From contig CAVOOC010000035.1 in assembly GCA_963697445.1 (NCBI GenBank), positions 43,993-107,992 on the forward strand: a stretch of 64,000 nucleotides of DNA. The letters run 5' to 3'. Below are positions 1 to 9,577 of the stretch, one piece after another (position 1 is the first letter of the stretch; each line of letters opens with the position of its first letter). Below the pieces are notes generated by a model. That model was not told where the DNA came from. It ran no database searches and saw only the letters and a program-made list of their open reading frames with translations. The position numbers and the translations under genes were made by a program. This DNA is from an uncultured Actinomycetes bacterium. Lineage in GTDB: Bacteria; Actinomycetota; Actinomycetes; Streptosporangiales; Streptosporangiaceae.

Positions 1-548
1 CCATCCTCGGCGAGGGGGGCACGGTGATGCAGTTCGCGGGCGACGCGGTGATGGCTGTCTTCGGCGCGCCGTTCCCGCAGCCGGACCACGCGGACCGCTC
101 GGTGGCCGCCGCGGCGTCCATGCACTCCCTGCAGGCCGAGATCAACGCCCGCTGGGCGGCCGAGGGGCTGCCCGCGTTCGGCCTGGGAATCGGGCTGTCC
201 ACTGGGGAGGCAGCGGCGGCGCTGCTCGGCTCCGAGGAACGGCTGGAGTACACCCTCGTGGGCGACACGGTCAATCTCTCCCAGCGACTGCAGCAGCTCG
301 CCGCGGCGGGCGAGACTGTTCTCTCCCAGGCCACGACGGCCGCCCTGACCGTGCCGGTCAGCAGCGCCGCGCTCCCCGCGCAGCTGGTCAAGGGCCGTGA
401 CACGCCGATCGTCGCCTACAAGATCGCGGCGCTGGGCCTGCCCGCCCCTGCCACGCTGCGCAACGCTTCCGCGGGCCCGACGACAGCTAACCCAGCGACA
501 GCTAACCCAGCGACAACTAACCCGGTGACGACCCGGACGGGGATCTGA
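1..548 (+). CDS. class III adenylate/guanylate cyclase, C-terminal part (5' end lies outside the window)
   Basis: The frame is open from the window edge. ILGEGGTVMQFAGDAVMAVFGAP...GIGLSTGEAAAALLGSEERLEYTLVGDTVNLSQRLQ is the catalytic core pattern of class III cyclases. The protein ends in a TANPA-type repeat tail. Its TGA overlaps the next ATG (TGATG). Confidence 0.85.
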   Translation, partial: ILGEGGTVMQFAGDAVMAVFGAPFPQPDHADRSVAAAASMHSLQAEINARWAAEGLPAFGLGIGLSTGEAAAALLGSEERLEYTLVGDTVNLSQRLQQLAAAGETVLSQATTAALTVPVSSAALPAQLVKGRDTPIVAYKIAALGLPAPATLRNASAGPTTANPATANPATTNPVTTRTGI

Positions 549-1282
549 TGAACGAGAACCTGGCCGCGCTGACCATGCGCGGCGTGCGCAAGACATTCGA
601 GGCCGAGAACGCGCCGGTGCGGGCGCTGCGCGGGGTCGACCTGACGGTTACGGCCGGCGAGTTCGTCGCGCTGATGGGACCGTCGGGCTGCGGCAAGTCG
701 ACGCTGCTGAACCTCGTGGCAGGCCTCGAGCTCGCCGACGAGGGCAACATCACGGTCGCCGGCGAGGAGGTCACCGGGCGCGGCGAGGATGACCTCGCCC
801 GGCTGCGCCGCAGGCACATCGGCATCATCTTCCAGTTCTTCAACCTGCTGGAGGGGATGACCGTGCTGGAGAACGTCGCCCTGCCGGCGATCATCGCCGG
901 CCGCAAGCGCCGGATGGCGGAGACCCGCGCCCGCGACCTGCTGGATCTGCTCGGCATCGGCGACAAGGCGGCAGCCGCTCCTGGCGTGCTGTCCGGCGGC
1001 CAGCGCCAGCGGCTGGCGATCGCCCGCGCGCTGGCGAACGAGCCGACCCTGCTGCTCGCCGACGAGCCGACCGGCGCGCTCGACTCCGACGGCGGCCAGG
1101 AAGTCATCGAGCTGCTGCGCCGGCTGCACACCGGCGGGCAGACCATCGTCCTGGTCACCCACGACGCCCAGGTCGCCGCGGCCGCCCAGCGCATCGTGCG
1201 CATGCTGGACGGGCGCATCGTGCCCGCCTCGGCAGGAGGCGAGCCGGGCCGCGACGATGCCGTCCCGGCCACGGCCCGGTGA
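548..1282 (+). CDS. ABC transporter ATP-binding protein, MacB/LolD (FtsX-partner) type
   Basis: Walker A GPSGCGKSTLLN, signature LSGGQRQRLAIARAL, Walker B LLLADEPTGALD and H-loop VLVTHD are all present. Confidence 0.92.
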   Translation: MNENLAALTMRGVRKTFEAENAPVRALRGVDLTVTAGEFVALMGPSGCGKSTLLNLVAGLELADEGNITVAGEEVTGRGEDDLARLRRRHIGIIFQFFNLLEGMTVLENVALPAIIAGRKRRMAETRARDLLDLLGIGDKAAAAPGVLSGGQRQRLAIARALANEPTLLLADEPTGALDSDGGQEVIELLRRLHTGGQTIVLVTHDAQVAAAAQRIVRMLDGRIVPASAGGEPGRDDAVPATAR

Positions 1283-1333
1283 TCGTGGACCGGACTGACA
1301 CCGCCGGCTGCCATCCTGCGAGCGGAGTGAAAG

Positions 1334-3460
1334 ATGATGAACACCGCCCTCCACGATCCGGCCACCGTGGTACCGCCGCGGGGCGGCAGCCCGGCGCGGC
1401 GCGCGCTGGCCGGAATGGTCATGCCCGCGCTCATCGCGGCCATCGCGGTGGTCGGGCTCCGGGAGCCGGTTCCCGGCAAGCTGCCTGCCCTGCAGGCCGT
1501 CGCCTTCGGGCTGGTCCTGGCCGGCGCGCTCTCGGGCGCCGTCCTCGCCCGTGCGCCGCAGCGAGTTGCGCTATGGCAGGTGGCGTCCGGTGCCCTGACG
1601 GCCTCGGTCGCGCTGACCGCCGCGCGGATCGGCGATGACGTCTCCAGCGGTCAGCATCATGCCGCCCGCAGCGTCGCGACGCTCGCGGCACCGCTCGTCA
1701 TCGCGATCTCCGTTCACCTGCTGCTCGCCCTGCCCGACGGCCGGCTCGGCGGGCGGGGCAGGCGGGCGGCCGCGGGCCTGGCCTACGCCGCCGCGGCGGG
1801 CACCGGCGTGGCGCTGGTGATCGCCGGCCGCCCGTTCCCGCTGGCAGCAGCGGCCGTGGCCTGGCCGCTGGCCGCGGCGTGTGCTCTCCCGGCGGTACGG
1901 CTCCGTTACCTGGCGGTGGGGGGACGCGACCGGCAGCGGATGCAGTGGATGGCGGTCGGCGCCGTGCTGGCGGCCGACGCGGCGCTGGTGGTCCTCGTTC
2001 TGCACGTGCTCGTCATGTGGCCGGGGGCGGTCGCCGCCGTGGCGGCGGGCTGCGCGATCTTCCTGCCGCTCGGCATGATAGCCGGAGAGTCGCCGGGCCT
2101 CGGGCCGCACGGCGGCCGCGTCCTGGTCCAGGTGCTCTCGATAGCGGGATTCACCGTGGTGGTCGCGGCCATATACCTCGTGATCGTGTTCGGCATAGGG
2201 ACTGCGCCGCGCGGCGCTGCCGACCGGGAGGTACTCGGGCTGTCGATGCTGGCGGCGGCGGTAGCGGCCATCGGGTACCTGCCGGCCAGGGACCGGTTTG
2301 TCGCCTCGGCCACGCGCTTCATCTACGGGGCCCGCGAGGCCCCCGACGAAGCACTCCGCGGCTTCGGCAGCCGCATGACGCGGGCCATCCCGATGGACGA
2401 GCTGCTCCTGCAGCTGGCCGAGTCGCTGCGCAAGACCATGGGCCTGACCACGGCGGAGATCTACACCGGGGCCGGGGACGTGCTGGAGCGGGCGGCGTCA
2501 GTACCGGACGCCGGCCCCGGCTCGATCGTCGTCTCCGCCCGCGAGCGTCCGGTCGTGACCCGGGCCGGCGTGTCGGGCAGCGCCTGGGCCTCGGTCTGGC
2601 TGCCGGCCCTGCTCAGCGGCCGCGAGCACGCACAGCTGCGGGTGGCGCCGGTCAGCCACGGGGGGGAGCTCCTCGGCCTGATCGTGGTCGAACGGCCCGC
2701 CGCGGCCGACAGCTTCTCTGAGGACGACGACCGCGTGCTCACGGAGCTTGCCCGGCAAGTCGGGCTGGCCGTGCACAACGCGCGGCTGGACACGGCGCTG
2801 CAGACCACCCTGGACGAACTGCGCAGGCAGGCCGATGAGCTGCGGCAGTCCCGGGCCCGCATCGTCGTCGCCGGGGACGCCGAGCGCCGCCGGGTGGAAC
2901 GCAACCTGCACGACGGCGCGCAGCAGCATCTCGTGGCCATGGCGGTCAACCTGCGCCTGGCGCGTGACATCATCGCCGACGATCCGGCGGCTGCCGCAGA
3001 GATGCTTGACGAGCTGGCCGGGAGTGTCAAGGACACCATCCGGGAACTGCGCGAGCTGGCTCACGGCATCTACCCGCCGCTGCTCGCGGACAGCGGCCTC
3101 GGCGAGGCGCTCCGGGCGGCAGGCAACCGCAGCCCGCTTCCGGTCGGCGTGTCCGCCGACGGGATAGGCCGGTACGGCCCCCAGATCGAGGCTGCGGTCT
3201 ACTTCTGCTGCCTGGAAGCGCTGCAGAACGCCGCGAAGCACGCGCCGGAGGCGCGCGTGGAGGTGCGGCTCTGGGAGGAGTCGGGCGGCCTGTTGTTCTC
3301 GGTCAGCGACGACGGCCCCGGCTTCGACGCCGAGATCGCCCGCAGCGGCCACGGCTTCCTCAACATGGCGGACCGGCTCGGCGCGATCGGCGGCACGGTG
3401 CGCTGGAAGTCCGAGCCTGGCCAGGGTGCCCAGGTGCTCGGCTCCGTTCCGCTGCTCTGA
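1334..3460 (+). CDS. sensor histidine kinase with about 10 TM segments, a GAF-like domain, HisKA_3 and HATPase_c
   Basis: The hydrophobic N-terminal half carries roughly ten predicted helices. The central domain is GAF-like. The H-box ERRRVERNLHDGAQQHLVA is NarX/DesK-type HisKA_3. The C-terminal ATPase part contains CLEALQNAAKHA and DDGPGF. Confidence 0.9.
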   Translation: MMNTALHDPATVVPPRGGSPARRALAGMVMPALIAAIAVVGLREPVPGKLPALQAVAFGLVLAGALSGAVLARAPQRVALWQVASGALTASVALTAARIGDDVSSGQHHAARSVATLAAPLVIAISVHLLLALPDGRLGGRGRRAAAGLAYAAAAGTGVALVIAGRPFPLAAAAVAWPLAAACALPAVRLRYLAVGGRDRQRMQWMAVGAVLAADAALVVLVLHVLVMWPGAVAAVAAGCAIFLPLGMIAGESPGLGPHGGRVLVQVLSIAGFTVVVAAIYLVIVFGIGTAPRGAADREVLGLSMLAAAVAAIGYLPARDRFVASATRFIYGAREAPDEALRGFGSRMTRAIPMDELLLQLAESLRKTMGLTTAEIYTGAGDVLERAASVPDAGPGSIVVSARERPVVTRAGVSGSAWASVWLPALLSGREHAQLRVAPVSHGGELLGLIVVERPAAADSFSEDDDRVLTELARQVGLAVHNARLDTALQTTLDELRRQADELRQSRARIVVAGDAERRRVERNLHDGAQQHLVAMAVNLRLARDIIADDPAAAAEMLDELAGSVKDTIRELRELAHGIYPPLLADSGLGEALRAAGNRSPLPVGVSADGIGRYGPQIEAAVYFCCLEALQNAAKHAPEARVEVRLWEESGGLLFSVSDDGPGFDAEIARSGHGFLNMADRLGAIGGTVRWKSEPGQGAQVLGSVPLL

Positions 3461-3489
3461 ACGGCCAACGGGGCTGCCAGTGATCCGGG

Positions 3490-3523
3490 GCAGAGTACAG
3501 AGACAAGCAGAGTACAGAGAGAA
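3490..3523. repeat. 17-bp tandem direct repeat (GCAGAGTACAGAGACAA / GCAGAGTACAGAGAGAA) in an AT-richer intergenic patch upstream of adh
   Basis: Two adjacent copies (3490-3506 and 3507-3523) are identical at 16 of 17 positions. They sit about 40 nt upstream of the ATG at 3565. Confidence 0.9.
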
Positions 3524-3564
3524 GATGCCACCAGAACCGCTGCCGCTTTGCTGAAGGGCGGGAC

Positions 3565-4602
3565 ATGTCTGCCGAGCACCCGGAGACGATGCGCGCGTGG
3601 GTCGTGAACAGGCCAGGGCCGATCGAGACCGGCCCGCTGAGCTATGAGACGAAACCCGTCCCGTCGCCGGCCCCAGGCGAGCTGCTGGTCCATGTCCGCA
3701 CCTGCGGGGTGTGCCGCACCGACCTGCACATCAGCGAAGGCGACCTGCCGGTTCACCGTGAGCACGTGACGCCCGGGCACATGGTCGTCGGCACCGTCGC
3801 GGCCACCGGCGACGAGGTCACGGACTACGTGCCGGGTGACCGGGTGGGCGTCGCGTGGCTGCGCTACACCGACGGGACGTGTAAGTACTGCCGGCGCGGC
3901 GACGAGAACCTGTGCCCCAGCTCGCTGTACACCGGCTGGGACGCCGACGGGGGGTACGCCGAGTACACCACCGTCCCGGCCGCGTTTGCCTACCGGCTTC
4001 CCGGCCAGGTCCCGGATGCGGAGCTGTCGCCGCTGCTGTGCGCCGGGATCATCGGCTACCGGGCGCTGCTGCGCGCGTCGCTCCCGGCGAGCGGCCGGCT
4101 CGGCCTGTACGGGTTCGGCGACAGCGCGCACCTGGTCGCGCAGCTCGCGATGGCCGAGGGGGCGACCGTGCACGTGCTGACCCGGGGCGAAGCGGCGCAG
4201 CGGCTGGCGCTGGAACTGGGCGCCGCGTCTGCCGGGAACGCGTACGACCAGCCGCCGGAGCCGCTGGACAGCGCGATCCTGTTCGCTCCGGTCGGGGATC
4301 TCGTGCCGGTCGCGATGCGGGCGCTCGACCGCGGCGGCGTGCTGTCGGTGGCCGGCATTCATCTGACCGACACCCCGCCGCTGAACTACGAGCGCGAGCT
4401 GTTCTACGAGAAACAGCTGCGCAGCGTCACGTCCAACACCCGCCGCGACGGCCGCGAGTTCCTCGAGCGCGCGGCCCGCTATCACGTGCGCCCCACCGTT
4501 CACATGTACCCGCTCGCAGAGGCACAGCAGGCCCTGCAGGATCTCAAGGCCGGGCGCTTCGACGGCGCCGCGGTCCTCGTCAACGAGCCCGCCACCCGAT
4601 GA
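3565..4602 (+). CDS. zinc-dependent alcohol dehydrogenase family protein (MDR superfamily)
   Basis: CGVCRTDLH and GHMVVG zinc-ligand motifs, a C-x2-C-x2-C-x7-C structural zinc site ([12 protein letters not shown]) and a GFGDSAH Rossmann region are present. Confidence 0.9.
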   Translation: MSAEHPETMRAWVVNRPGPIETGPLSYETKPVPSPAPGELLVHVRTCGVCRTDLHISEGDLPVHREHVTPGHMVVGTVAATGDEVTDYVPGDRVGVAWLRYTDGTCKYCRRGDENLCPSSLYTGWDADGGYAEYTTVPAAFAYRLPGQVPDAELSPLLCAGIIGYRALLRASLPASGRLGLYGFGDSAHLVAQLAMAEGATVHVLTRGEAAQRLALELGAASAGNAYDQPPEPLDSAILFAPVGDLVPVAMRALDRGGVLSVAGIHLTDTPPLNYERELFYEKQLRSVTSNTRRDGREFLERAARYHVRPTVHMYPLAEAQQALQDLKAGRFDGAAVLVNEPATR

Positions 4603-4655
4603 CCCAGCCGGCAGCCCTGTCAGTCGGCGCGGATGCGCGCTACGATCACCGCGAA

Positions 4656-5330
4656 ATGGCAACCATCAGGGTGGCACTGGCCGAGGACAACGTCCTGCTG
4701 CGGGAGGGCGTCTCCCGCCTGGTTGCCGCCAGTGAGGACTTCGAGCTGGTCGGGGCCGCGCCCGACCTGCCGCAGCTGCTTGCCCTCGTCGGCGAGGAGG
4801 TTCCCGATGTGGTCGTCACCGACATCCGGATGCCGCCCACCGGGACTGACGAGGGGATCCAGGCGGCTGCCTGGATCCGGCAGAACCACCCGCTGATGGG
4901 CGTGGTGGTGCTGAGCCAGTACACCGCTCCGGGGTATGCGCTGGCCCTGCTCGAGCATGGCTCGTCCGGGCGGGGCTACCTGCTCAAGGAGCGGGTGGGC
5001 AGCGTGGATGAGCTGGCCCGGGCCATCCGCACCGTCGCGGGGGGAGGGTCGGTGATTGACCCGACCGTCGTCGATGAGCTGGTGCGCGCTCGCTCGCAGG
5101 AGCGCCAGCCGGGCGTGTCGTCGCTGACCCCCAGGGAGGCGGAGATCCTGGCCGAGATGGCCCAGGGCAAGAGCAATTCGGCCATCGCCGCCGCCCTGTT
5201 CGTCACCGAGCGCGCCGTGGAGAAGCACACCAACTCGATCTTCGCCAAGCTGGGGCTGTCGGAAGAGAAGGATGTCAACCGCCGTGTCAAGGCGGTCCTG
5301 GTGTATCTCAGCCAGCGGCCTGCCCCGTGA
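4656..5330 (+). CDS. NarL/FixJ-family response regulator (REC + LuxR HTH)
   Basis: MATIRVALAEDNVLLREG...DVVVTDIRMPP is a receiver domain. LTPREAEILAEMAQGKSNSAIAAALFVTERAVEKHTNSIFAKLG is a LuxR-type HTH. The ATG at 4656 is in frame within the longer track ORF. Confidence 0.92.
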   Translation: MATIRVALAEDNVLLREGVSRLVAASEDFELVGAAPDLPQLLALVGEEVPDVVVTDIRMPPTGTDEGIQAAAWIRQNHPLMGVVVLSQYTAPGYALALLEHGSSGRGYLLKERVGSVDELARAIRTVAGGGSVIDPTVVDELVRARSQERQPGVSSLTPREAEILAEMAQGKSNSAIAAALFVTERAVEKHTNSIFAKLGLSEEKDVNRRVKAVLVYLSQRPAP

Positions 5331-5405
5331 CGGCTTTTCGCGGGTCCGGCGGGAGGCTGGCCACACCCCCTTCCGGATGGCAGCACCCTCGGCAGTGACG
5401 GCAGC

Positions 5406-5816
5406 GTGTGCGAAGCTGACATCGTGACCGGCCCCCGCTCCGTACTCGTGGTAGACGACCAGGCGCCGTTCCGCTCCGCCGCCCGCGCGGTGCTGCGCCG
5501 CCTTGAAGGCTTCGAGTTCGCTGGTGAGGCAGCCAGCGGGCCCGAGGCGATCGAGCTCGTCAACCGGCTGCGTCCCGCCCTGGTGCTCATGGACATCAAC
5601 ATGCCGGAGATGAGCGGGATCGAGGCGACTCGCCGGATCGTGTCCGCCCACCCCGGCATCGTCGTCATCCTGTGCTCGACCTACGACGCCGCCGACCTTC
5701 CGCGCGAAGCCGCCGCCAGCGGGGCGGCTGCCTACGTGAACAAGGAGCATCTCGCCGCCGACACGCTGCGTCAGCTGTGGGCGGAGCGGGACTCCGGCTC
5801 TTTTGTATCCCGCTGA
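5406..5816 (+). CDS. single-domain (CheY-like) response regulator
   Basis: VLVVDDQAPFR...LVLMDINMPEMSGIEATRRI...AAAYVNK is a receiver domain with no output domain. The start could also be the GTG at 5424. Confidence 0.85.
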   Translation: MCEADIVTGPRSVLVVDDQAPFRSAARAVLRRLEGFEFAGEAASGPEAIELVNRLRPALVLMDINMPEMSGIEATRRIVSAHPGIVVILCSTYDAADLPREAAASGAAAYVNKEHLAADTLRQLWAERDSGSFVSR

Positions 5817-5879
5817 GCTCAGCGCCCGGCGGTTGAGGTCAGGGCGGATTCGCGGCGTCATCTGGGGTATCTGTGCCAG

Positions 5880-6878
5880 GTGAACCCAGTCGAGGTGTTG
5901 CAGCAGATCGCGTTCCAGCTCGAGCGGGCGCAGGCGCCGACGTACCGGGTGCGGGCGTTCCGCCGGGCCGCCGCCGTAGTGGCTGGCCTGCCGGCCGGTG
6001 AGCTGGACCAGCGGCTGGCCGCCGGGACGCTGGCGGAGCTGCCCGGGATCGGCCCGGTCACGGCCGAGGTCATCGGTCAGGCCGCCGGCGAGCAGTCGCC
6101 CTACCTGGACAAGCTGCTGGCCGAAGCCCCGGCACCCGAGCGGTCCGGCCTGCGCGCCGCGCTGCGCGGTGACTGCCACACGCACTCCGACTGGTCCGAC
6201 GGCGGCAGCCCGCCGGACGAGATGGCCGCGGCGGCCCGCGGCCTGGGTCATGACTGGATCGCCCTGACCGATCACTCGCCGCGGCTGACGGTCGCCAATG
6301 GTTTGACTCCCGAACGGCTGCGCACCCAGCTAGCGCTCGTTGCCCGGCTCAACAGCGCGCTGGCCCCCTTCCGCATTCTCACCGGGATCGAGGTGGACAT
6401 CCTCGACGACGGCTCCCTCGACCAGAGCGACGACCTGCTCGGCGAGCTGGATGTCGTCGTCGCCAGCGTGCACTCGCACCTGCGGATGCCGGCCGGCGAG
6501 ATGACCGGGCGCATGGTGACCGCGGTGTCCAGCCCGCACGTTGACGTGCTCGGGCACTGCACCGGCCTGCTGCTCACCGGCCGCGGCCGGCCGGAATCGG
6601 CCTTCGATCCCGAGTCCGTGTTCACCGCCTGCCGCGACCACGGCGTCGCTGTGGAGATCAACTGCCTGCCGGAGCGGCAGGACCCGCCCGACCGGCTGCT
6701 GAAGCTCGCCGCCGAGACCGGCTGCTTCTTCGCCATCGACACCGACGCGCACGCGCCGGGCCAGCTGGACTGGCTGGACAGCGGCTGCGCGCGAGCCGAG
6801 GGCTTCGGCATCCCGGCCGGGCGGGTAATCAACACGAGAGCTGCTGACGAGATGACCTCGGGGGCGGGCCGCCGGTGA
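5880..6878 (+). CDS. PHP-domain phosphoesterase with N-terminal HhH region (PolX-like, lacking the polymerase core)
   Basis: GDCHTHSDWSDG, TDHSP, ASVHS and DTDAH are PHP metal-binding motifs. The N-terminal LAELPGIGPVTAEVI is a helix-hairpin-helix. Confidence 0.85.
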   Translation: MNPVEVLQQIAFQLERAQAPTYRVRAFRRAAAVVAGLPAGELDQRLAAGTLAELPGIGPVTAEVIGQAAGEQSPYLDKLLAEAPAPERSGLRAALRGDCHTHSDWSDGGSPPDEMAAAARGLGHDWIALTDHSPRLTVANGLTPERLRTQLALVARLNSALAPFRILTGIEVDILDDGSLDQSDDLLGELDVVVASVHSHLRMPAGEMTGRMVTAVSSPHVDVLGHCTGLLLTGRGRPESAFDPESVFTACRDHGVAVEINCLPERQDPPDRLLKLAAETGCFFAIDTDAHAPGQLDWLDSGCARAEGFGIPAGRVINTRAADEMTSGAGRR

Positions 6879-7965
6879 AGCCGCGCAGCGTGGGCGTGGA
6901 AGAGGAGCTCCTGCTGGTGGAGCCCAGGACAGGACGGCCCAGCGCCGTGGCGGCGAGCGTCCTGCGTGCCGCCGGGCAGCACTCCGGCGAGCCGGAGATG
7001 CTCGAACACGAGCTGCAGCAGCAGCAGCTGGAAACCAGCACCGAGCCGCGTCATGCGCTCGACGACCTCGGCCGCGAACTGCGGCGGTGCCGGGCGGCGG
7101 CGGCCAGCGCGGCGCGGCGGGCCGGCGCCCGGGTGGCGGCGCTGGGCACGTCCCCGGTCGTGGCGGCGCCCGAGCTGGTGGACAAGCCGCGCTACCAGAA
7201 GATGGCAGCGGAGTACGGGCTCACCCTGGCCGAGCTGCTCACCTGCGGATGTCACGTGCACGTGGAGATCGCGTCGGCCGAGGAGGGCGTTGCCGTGCTC
7301 GACCGCGTCCAGCCGTGGCTCCCGCCGCTGCTGGCCCTGAGCGCCAACTCCCCGTTCTGGCAGGGACTCGACAGCGCCTACGCGAGCTTCCGCTACCAGG
7401 TCTGGGGGCGGCTGCCGAGCGCCGGCCCGACCGGGTGCTTCGGCACGGCGCAGGCCTATCACGACACGATCCGGCATATGGTGCGCACGCACGTGCTGCT
7501 CGACACCGGGATGGTGTACTTCGACGCGCGGCTGTCCGCGCACTACCCCACCGTCGAGATCCGGGTCGCCGATGTGTGCCTGCGGGCGGACGACGCGGTG
7601 CTGATCGCCGCGCTGGCCCGTGCGCTGGTGGAGACCGAGGCGCGGGCGGCGCGGGCGGGCCTGCCAGCTGCCCGCGGGCCGAGCTGCTGCGGCTGGGCGC
7701 CTGGCGGGCCAGCCGGTCGGGACTGGACGACGTGCTGCTCAGCCCGGCCAGCTGGCTGCCGGAAAAGCCGGCGGCGGTGGCGGCCCTGCTGGTCGGGCAC
7801 GTCAGGGAGGCGCTGGAGGATGCCGGTGACTACGGGGCGGTGACCGAGCTGCTCGCAGCCGTCCTGCGCCGCGGCAACGGGGCCGGCTTCCAGCGGCAGG
7901 CGTATCAGCGTTCCGGTGACCTCGCCGACGTCGTCGCCAGGGCGGTCGCCATCACCGAGGGCTGA
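6875..7965 (+). pseudogene. carboxylate-amine ligase (glutamate-cysteine ligase family 2, YbdK-like), frameshifted as assembled
   Basis: The N-terminal 265 aa or so (VGVEEELLLV...LTCGCHVHVEI...YFDARLS..PTVEIRVADVC) are in frame 2. The conserved C-terminus (AELLRLGAWRASRSGLDD...GNGAGFQRQAY) continues in frame 1. The junction is near 7672-7681. Confidence 0.85.
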
Positions 7966-8074
7966 GCCCGGTGCCAGGATGGGACCGTCGGGCCGGCGAG
8001 TCGTGAAGGAGCTGTGATGGCCTACGGGGAATCGACGGTCACGGGCGGCCTCGGCGTACGGCAGGACTGAGCCG

Positions 8075-8860
8075 GTGTCCCGCGTCCTCGTCACCGGCTC
8101 CGCCGACGGGCTCGGCCTGATGGCGGCCAGGCTGCTGGCCGGGCAGGGCCACGAGGTCACGCTGCACGCCCGCAGCGACGCCAGGGCCGCCGACGCCCGG
8201 GCCGCGGTGCCGCAGGCCGCGGCCGTCGTCGTCGGTGACCTGTCGGGCATCGCCGGGATCCGCTCGGTCGCCGGTCAGGTCAACGCCCTGGGCCGGCAGG
8301 ACGCGGTGATCCACAACGCCGGGGTCGGCTACCGGGGGCCGCGGGTCGTGACGGCGGACGGGCTCAGCCAGGTGTTCGCCGTCAACGTGCTCGCGCCGTA
8401 CCTGCTGACCGCGCTGGTCACCCCGCCCGGCCGGCTCGTCTACCTGAGCTCGGGCATGCACCGCGGCGGCTCGGCGGATCTCAGCGACGTCCAGTGGACC
8501 AGGCGCCGGTGGAACGGCGCGCAGGCCTACTCCGACAGCAAGCTGCTCGACGTGCTGCTGGCGTTCGGCGTCGCCCGCCGCTGGCCGGGAGTGCGCTCCA
8601 ACTCGGTGGATCCCGGCTGGGTGGCCACCCGGATGGGCGGCCCCGGCGCGCCGGATGACCTGGCGCAGGGAGCCATGACCCAGGCCTGGCTGGCGGTGAT
8701 CGACGATGCCGCCGCCGGCGTCAGCGGCGAGCACTTCCACCACCAGCGGGTGCAGGACACCCACCCCGACGCGCGATCCGCGGCGCGCCAGGACGCCCTG
8801 CTGGACTACTGCGCGCAGCTCACCGGCACTCCCCTGCCGGGCAAGCCGCCGTCAGGCTGA
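8075..8860 (+). CDS. SDR-family oxidoreductase
   Basis: VLVTGSADGLGLMAARLL is a TGxxxGxG-type NAD(P) motif, and YSDSK is the catalytic YxxxK. Confidence 0.9.
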   Translation: MSRVLVTGSADGLGLMAARLLAGQGHEVTLHARSDARAADARAAVPQAAAVVVGDLSGIAGIRSVAGQVNALGRQDAVIHNAGVGYRGPRVVTADGLSQVFAVNVLAPYLLTALVTPPGRLVYLSSGMHRGGSADLSDVQWTRRRWNGAQAYSDSKLLDVLLAFGVARRWPGVRSNSVDPGWVATRMGGPGAPDDLAQGAMTQAWLAVIDDAAAGVSGEHFHHQRVQDTHPDARSAARQDALLDYCAQLTGTPLPGKPPSG

Positions 8861-9577
8861 CGCGGACTCGGCGGCGACGGCAGCGGCGAAGGCCCGCAGC
8901 GACGGGAACTCCCAGTCCGGTCGCACCGGGGCCGGCGGCTCCGGCGTGGCGCCCCAGCCGGGCCGGTCGTGGCGGCGGTTGATCCAGGCCGTCGGCAGCC
9001 CGGCCCGCTTGGCCGGGACGTGGTCGTGGAAGAGGCTCTGGGCGACGTGCAGCAGCCCGCCCCGCGGCACGCCGAGCCGGTCGGTCTCGGCCAGCAGCGC
9101 GTCGAAGTTGCGCGGCGACGGCTTGTACGAGCCGACGTCCTGCGCGGTGATGACGCTGCTGAACGTGACCCCGAGGCGCTCGCCGCTCGCGGCGAACGAG
9201 TCGCGGTCCACGTTGGACAAGATGATCAGGCGGTACCGCCCGGCCAGGTCCGCGAGCGCATCGCGGGAGTCGGCGAAGGCCGGCCAGTCCGGGACGGACC
9301 GGGCGATCCGCTCGGCATCCTCGTCGCTGACCTCCGCGCCGAGCTCACGGCCCAGGCCGCGCAAGCTGCGGGCCAGGATGGCCGGGTACGGCTCGCCTGG
9401 ATGCGCGGCCTCGGCTCCCGCCTCGTGCGCGGAGTACGCGGCCAGCAGCTCCTCGCCGGCCAGGCTGAGCCCCCGCGCTCGCGCCCACGGCCCGAGCACC
9501 GCGGCCAGGCCGGCCTCCCAGTCGATCAGGGTGCCGTAGCAGTCGAAGCTGAGGGCGTCGAAGCCGGTGAGTTTCAT
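8852..9577 (-). CDS. HAD-superfamily hydrolase, haloacid dehalogenase type II-like
   Basis: The N-terminal LSFDCYGTLIDWE is a DxYGT nucleophile motif. ILSNVD and later HAD motifs are present. Confidence 0.85.
   Translation of the reverse strand: MKLTGFDALSFDCYGTLIDWEAGLAAVLGPWARARGLSLAGEELLAAYSAHEAGAEAAHPGEPYPAILARSLRGLGRELGAEVSDEDAERIARSVPDWPAFADSRDALADLAGRYRLIILSNVDRDSFAASGERLGVTFSSVITAQDVGSYKPSPRNFDALLAETDRLGVPRGGLLHVAQSLFHDHVPAKRAGLPTAWINRRHDRPGWGATPEPPAPVRPDWEFPSLRAFAAAVAAESASA

Noticed and set aside
416-6275. Long antisense or overlapping ORFs in the track (for example 416..1354 -, 517..1479 -, 3199..4662 -, 4620..6275 -, and similarly 20673..22022 -, 42774..45269 +, 46947..49589 -, 54958..57402 + upstream part).
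   Set aside because: Their translations are Arg/Pro/Gly/Ala-rich with no family features. They lie opposite or out of frame to ORFs with clear family motifs. Stop-poor alternative frames are expected at this GC content.
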